Assembly (NCBI RefSeq): GCF_006345805.1
Contig: NW_021823959.1
Coordinates: forward strand, 1-20,300
DNA from: Octopus sinensis
Lineage: Eukaryota
Reading direction: 5' to 3'
Length of the DNA stretch: 20,300 nucleotides
Part shown: in pieces, positions 17,611-20,300 of the stretch
Numbering within the stretch: the stretch's first letter is position 1
Layout of the letters: each line of letters starts with the position of its first letter
Made by a program: the position numbers and the translations under genes
The notes under the pieces: generated by a model
The model's input: only the letters and a program-made list of their open reading frames with translations
Databases searched by the model: none
Told to the model about the DNA's origin: nothing

Positions 17611-20190
17611 TGATTGATGATTGATTGATTGATTGATTGATTCTAGTTTCAGCTTATGAGCTGTGGCCATGCTGGGGCACCGCCATTTGGTGTTGCTACT
17701 TGGTTTCACTTCATGAAGGCTTTCTAGCAACTGCTATTTGGTGCATGAGAGAGTTCGATGGCAGCGCCCTCATCTGCCCTCCTGCCGTGAAGTTGGTTCA
17801 TCTGGGACACCTGACAGGAAGAGATCCAGCTTCATTTAAAGACATCTGTATCCACCCATGCAGGTCTCTCAGGTTCTTCGGGAGGGATATTGAAGAGCTG
17901 TGGGCCTCGAACGCCCAGGCTATCACAGAATCTTGTCCTACATCTTGATGGCAAGTTTGGAGTCCAGGCACCACGCAGTGGCGCCCAGTTCTGGCATTTG
18001 CGTACTCTCGATGCCAAATTCAGGACACTTCCCTCCAGGATCTTCCAGATGTATTTATGGCATATCTTCCCGCCTACGCTCCAGGGAATATAATTTTTAA
18101 TCTCTTGAGTCTTTCCCGTAGCTTACATTCTGCATAGAGGCTATCTTCTTCGTTCTTCGTAGCTACGTTGGATCGCCTCGAGCTCTGTGATCACTTGACA
18201 CTGGATGGTGACCATAACTGAGAGCAGTAGTCAAAGTGGCTTAGGACAAGTGTCCTCAGAGGACCATCATGGTTTCTTGTTCTCTTGTTCTACAGGTTCT
18301 GAGGATCCATCCGGCCAGTCGTCTACATTTCATTGCCAATTTAGCAACATGTACACGAAAGGTCGCGTCATCACTCATGTAAATACCTAGGTCACGCACT
18401 GATTGTGCCTCTGGGATTGCTATTCCTCCGGGTCCAGTGTATTCATTGGTATTACATTAGTTTTGCATGCTGATAGTATAGAGCTTGAAACTTTTCAGCA
18501 TTGACTGCATGCTATTCTTTTCGGCCCACTTGTATATTTTTTCTAGCTACATTGCAGGTGTTTAGTGTCCTCAGGGTTCTGTATTGCCTGTGAAACTTTT
18601 GTATCATCTGCCATAACTTGTGATCGTGGCTCTCTGCGTGGCCTGAGGCATGTCTGAGAGGGCATTATGAACAGTAGTGGTCCCAGAACAGTGCCCTGCG
18701 GAACACCGCTCACTATTTGCGTGTTAATGGAAGTGGCCCCATTGGCCACTACCACCTGACTTCTATCTTTCAGAAAGTCATGAAGCCATTCTCCCATTTT
18801 TCCCAACTATGTTGAGATCACGCATTTGTGACATATCATTCCATGATCGACTTTATCAAAGGCCTTTGCAAAGTCGAGATATATCACTTCCACATTTGAG
18901 TGGTTTGAGCAGCCGTTTCATCAGCACCCAGTCATAGTGTTGTAGGAGCTGATTAACAGCTTCTCCCTGGTCGGAAACCATGTTGGGGTGTCGGGCAGCA
19001 AGTCATTTTCTTCAAGGAAGGTGATCAGCTTCCTTCTGACTATTCGTTCCATGACCTTGCTGATGTGTGAGGTCATAGAGAGTAGGTCTATAGTTCTTGG
19101 CTTCCGCTCTGCTACCTCCTTTATGAATGGGGCATATTTTTACCTTCCTTCAGTTTTCTTGGAAGTTTGCCAGCTGCAAGGAAGCTCTGAAAGAGGAACT
19201 GCAGTGGTCTTGCTAGGACTCTCTTACATGCTTTTAGGAGGATTGCCGGGAACCATCGGGGCCAGTAGTTGAGTCTGTTTTCATTTCATCTATACCTTGA
19301 TTACATCGTCTCGTCTTCTTTTATCGATGTAATCTATCGTCGCCGCCTCTGATTTTATATCTGCAGTGGTAAAAAGTCAGTTGGATTGTGATTTGGAGAT
19401 GCCCAAGGGTGGAGTGAAAACAACCTCTTGAATTGCTCATCTCAGTATTTCACTTACCCTTATTGGTTTTCCTGTAGTGTACCATCTTTTTCGAGGAGTG
19501 GCCCTATTCTACAGTGCACCCGTAGCTGTTTCTTTGGCATACCTGTAGAAAGCTCTGGGGTTAGATTTTATTTTGTCTATAGAGCCCAGGCTTCTTTGTC
19601 TGCTCTTTCCCTTTTCATGGGAGAGTTGCGACATTTTCGATTTCCAACAGTTTTATTTTTAGGCGGGACTTTTCACTGCTTCAATCTGTTTGTTTAGGCG
19701 ATTTGAAAATTTTGTACGCCGTCTCATTAGAATTTCCTCTCACTGGGGCTTTTTGTTCTTGTGTACAGTGGCCTTTCTCTCTGGACACATTTGTAGCATA
19801 TGGCTTGCATTACAGACATGATTGTTGAAGTTTTCACGTCGATGTCTGGCGAGGAGAGACATTTAGGCCAGTTTTGTTTGAGGATCTCTTTCTCATTTGT
19901 TTCCAGTTTGCCCTTATGGTAGTTCAAGCTGGAAAGATTCTGGGGGTTTCTTCTTGTAGGCTGCATGTCCGTGCTCTCTTTTGGCCCGTACATGGTCACT
20001 CTATCACGTTGTGATCCGAGAGTAGTGTCGGTGTCATTTTCACATTATGGATAAGATCCATGTCATTTGTGAAGCAGAGATCCAGTGTGTTACCTGCCCT
20101 GGTTGGTTGGAGTATTACCTGCTCCATGTTACAGGGTTTGATGAGGTTCAGGAGGGACTCGCCTTCTCGTTCACATCTTGTCATTCCTGG
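17611..20190 (-). mobile_element. CR1/L2-group LINE, 3' ~2.6 kb with intact 3' end and (ATCA)n tail; 5' side interrupted by a SINE A
   Basis: Minus-strand motifs in order: endonuclease C-terminus NTLDLCFTN and SDHN (~20093-20009), IKSNPRAFYRYAK, GPDG, NYRP, YLDFAKAFDKVDHG (~18881-18841), SGVPQGTVLGPLLF, (Y)ADDTK, DYCSQLWSP. Then the 3' motif at 17684-17646 and (TGAT)n at 17611-17642 on the plus strand. Confidence 0.93.
17711..20190 (-). pseudogene. Frameshifted LINE ORF2 (APE endonuclease C-terminus + reverse transcriptase + C-terminal domain)
   Basis: RT and endonuclease motifs are spread over several frames by 1-bp indels; the probable stop TGA is at 17713-17711. Confidence 0.85.
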
Positions 20191-20300
20191 AGTGGAGTGT
20201 GGTAAGCAGCTTGTTTACCAACCACATGGTTCCGGTTCATCTCACTGCGTGGCATCTTGGGTAAGTGTCTTCTGCTATAGCCCCGGCCGACCAATGCCTT
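20189..20300 (+). mobile_element. SINE family A head (cut by window end), abutting or inserted in the LINE endonuclease region
   Basis: GGAGTGGAGTGTGGTAAGCAGC..CCACATGGTTCCGGTTCA..CTTGGGTAAGTGTCTTCTGCTATAG. Confidence 0.9.

Noticed and set aside
18988-19697. Plus-strand ORFs 18988..19272 and 19428..19697 (also 17637..18390)
   Set aside because: These are antisense shadows of the minus-strand LINE ORF2.

Overview
Eukaryotic, AT-rich, repeat-saturated non-coding DNA. No protein-coding host gene can be supported from the sequence, and nearly every ORF in the track comes from a microsatellite or an antisense repeat. The repeat repertoire looks like an octopus (coleoid cephalopod) genome, which is an inference from recalled repeat sequences. 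Contents: about 10 copies or fragments of a ~410-450 bp tRNA-headed SINE with an internal (TA)n(TG)n tract (family A); about 10 copies or fragments of a second SINE (family B), including a 184-bp tandem array; one tRNA-Arg-like SINE (family C); two related CR1/L2-group LINE remnants (9542-10283 +, 17611-20190 -); a mariner-derived MITE; and many microsatellites. The most interesting signal is three different type I hammerhead-ribozyme (HHR)-like motifs within ~2.8 kb, all on the minus strand. One caps a 138/137-bp near-perfect inverted repeat, one lies downstream of a Pol III B-box in a SINE-like unit, and one is a ~80-bp minimal unit between (TA)n tracts. Together they suggest several Penelope-like or retrozyme-type non-autonomous families. 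SINE A and both LINEs also share a 3' motif whose stem-loop covaries. Many 1-bp indels in homopolymers suggest long-read consensus errors, so 'broken' motifs may be intact in vivo.
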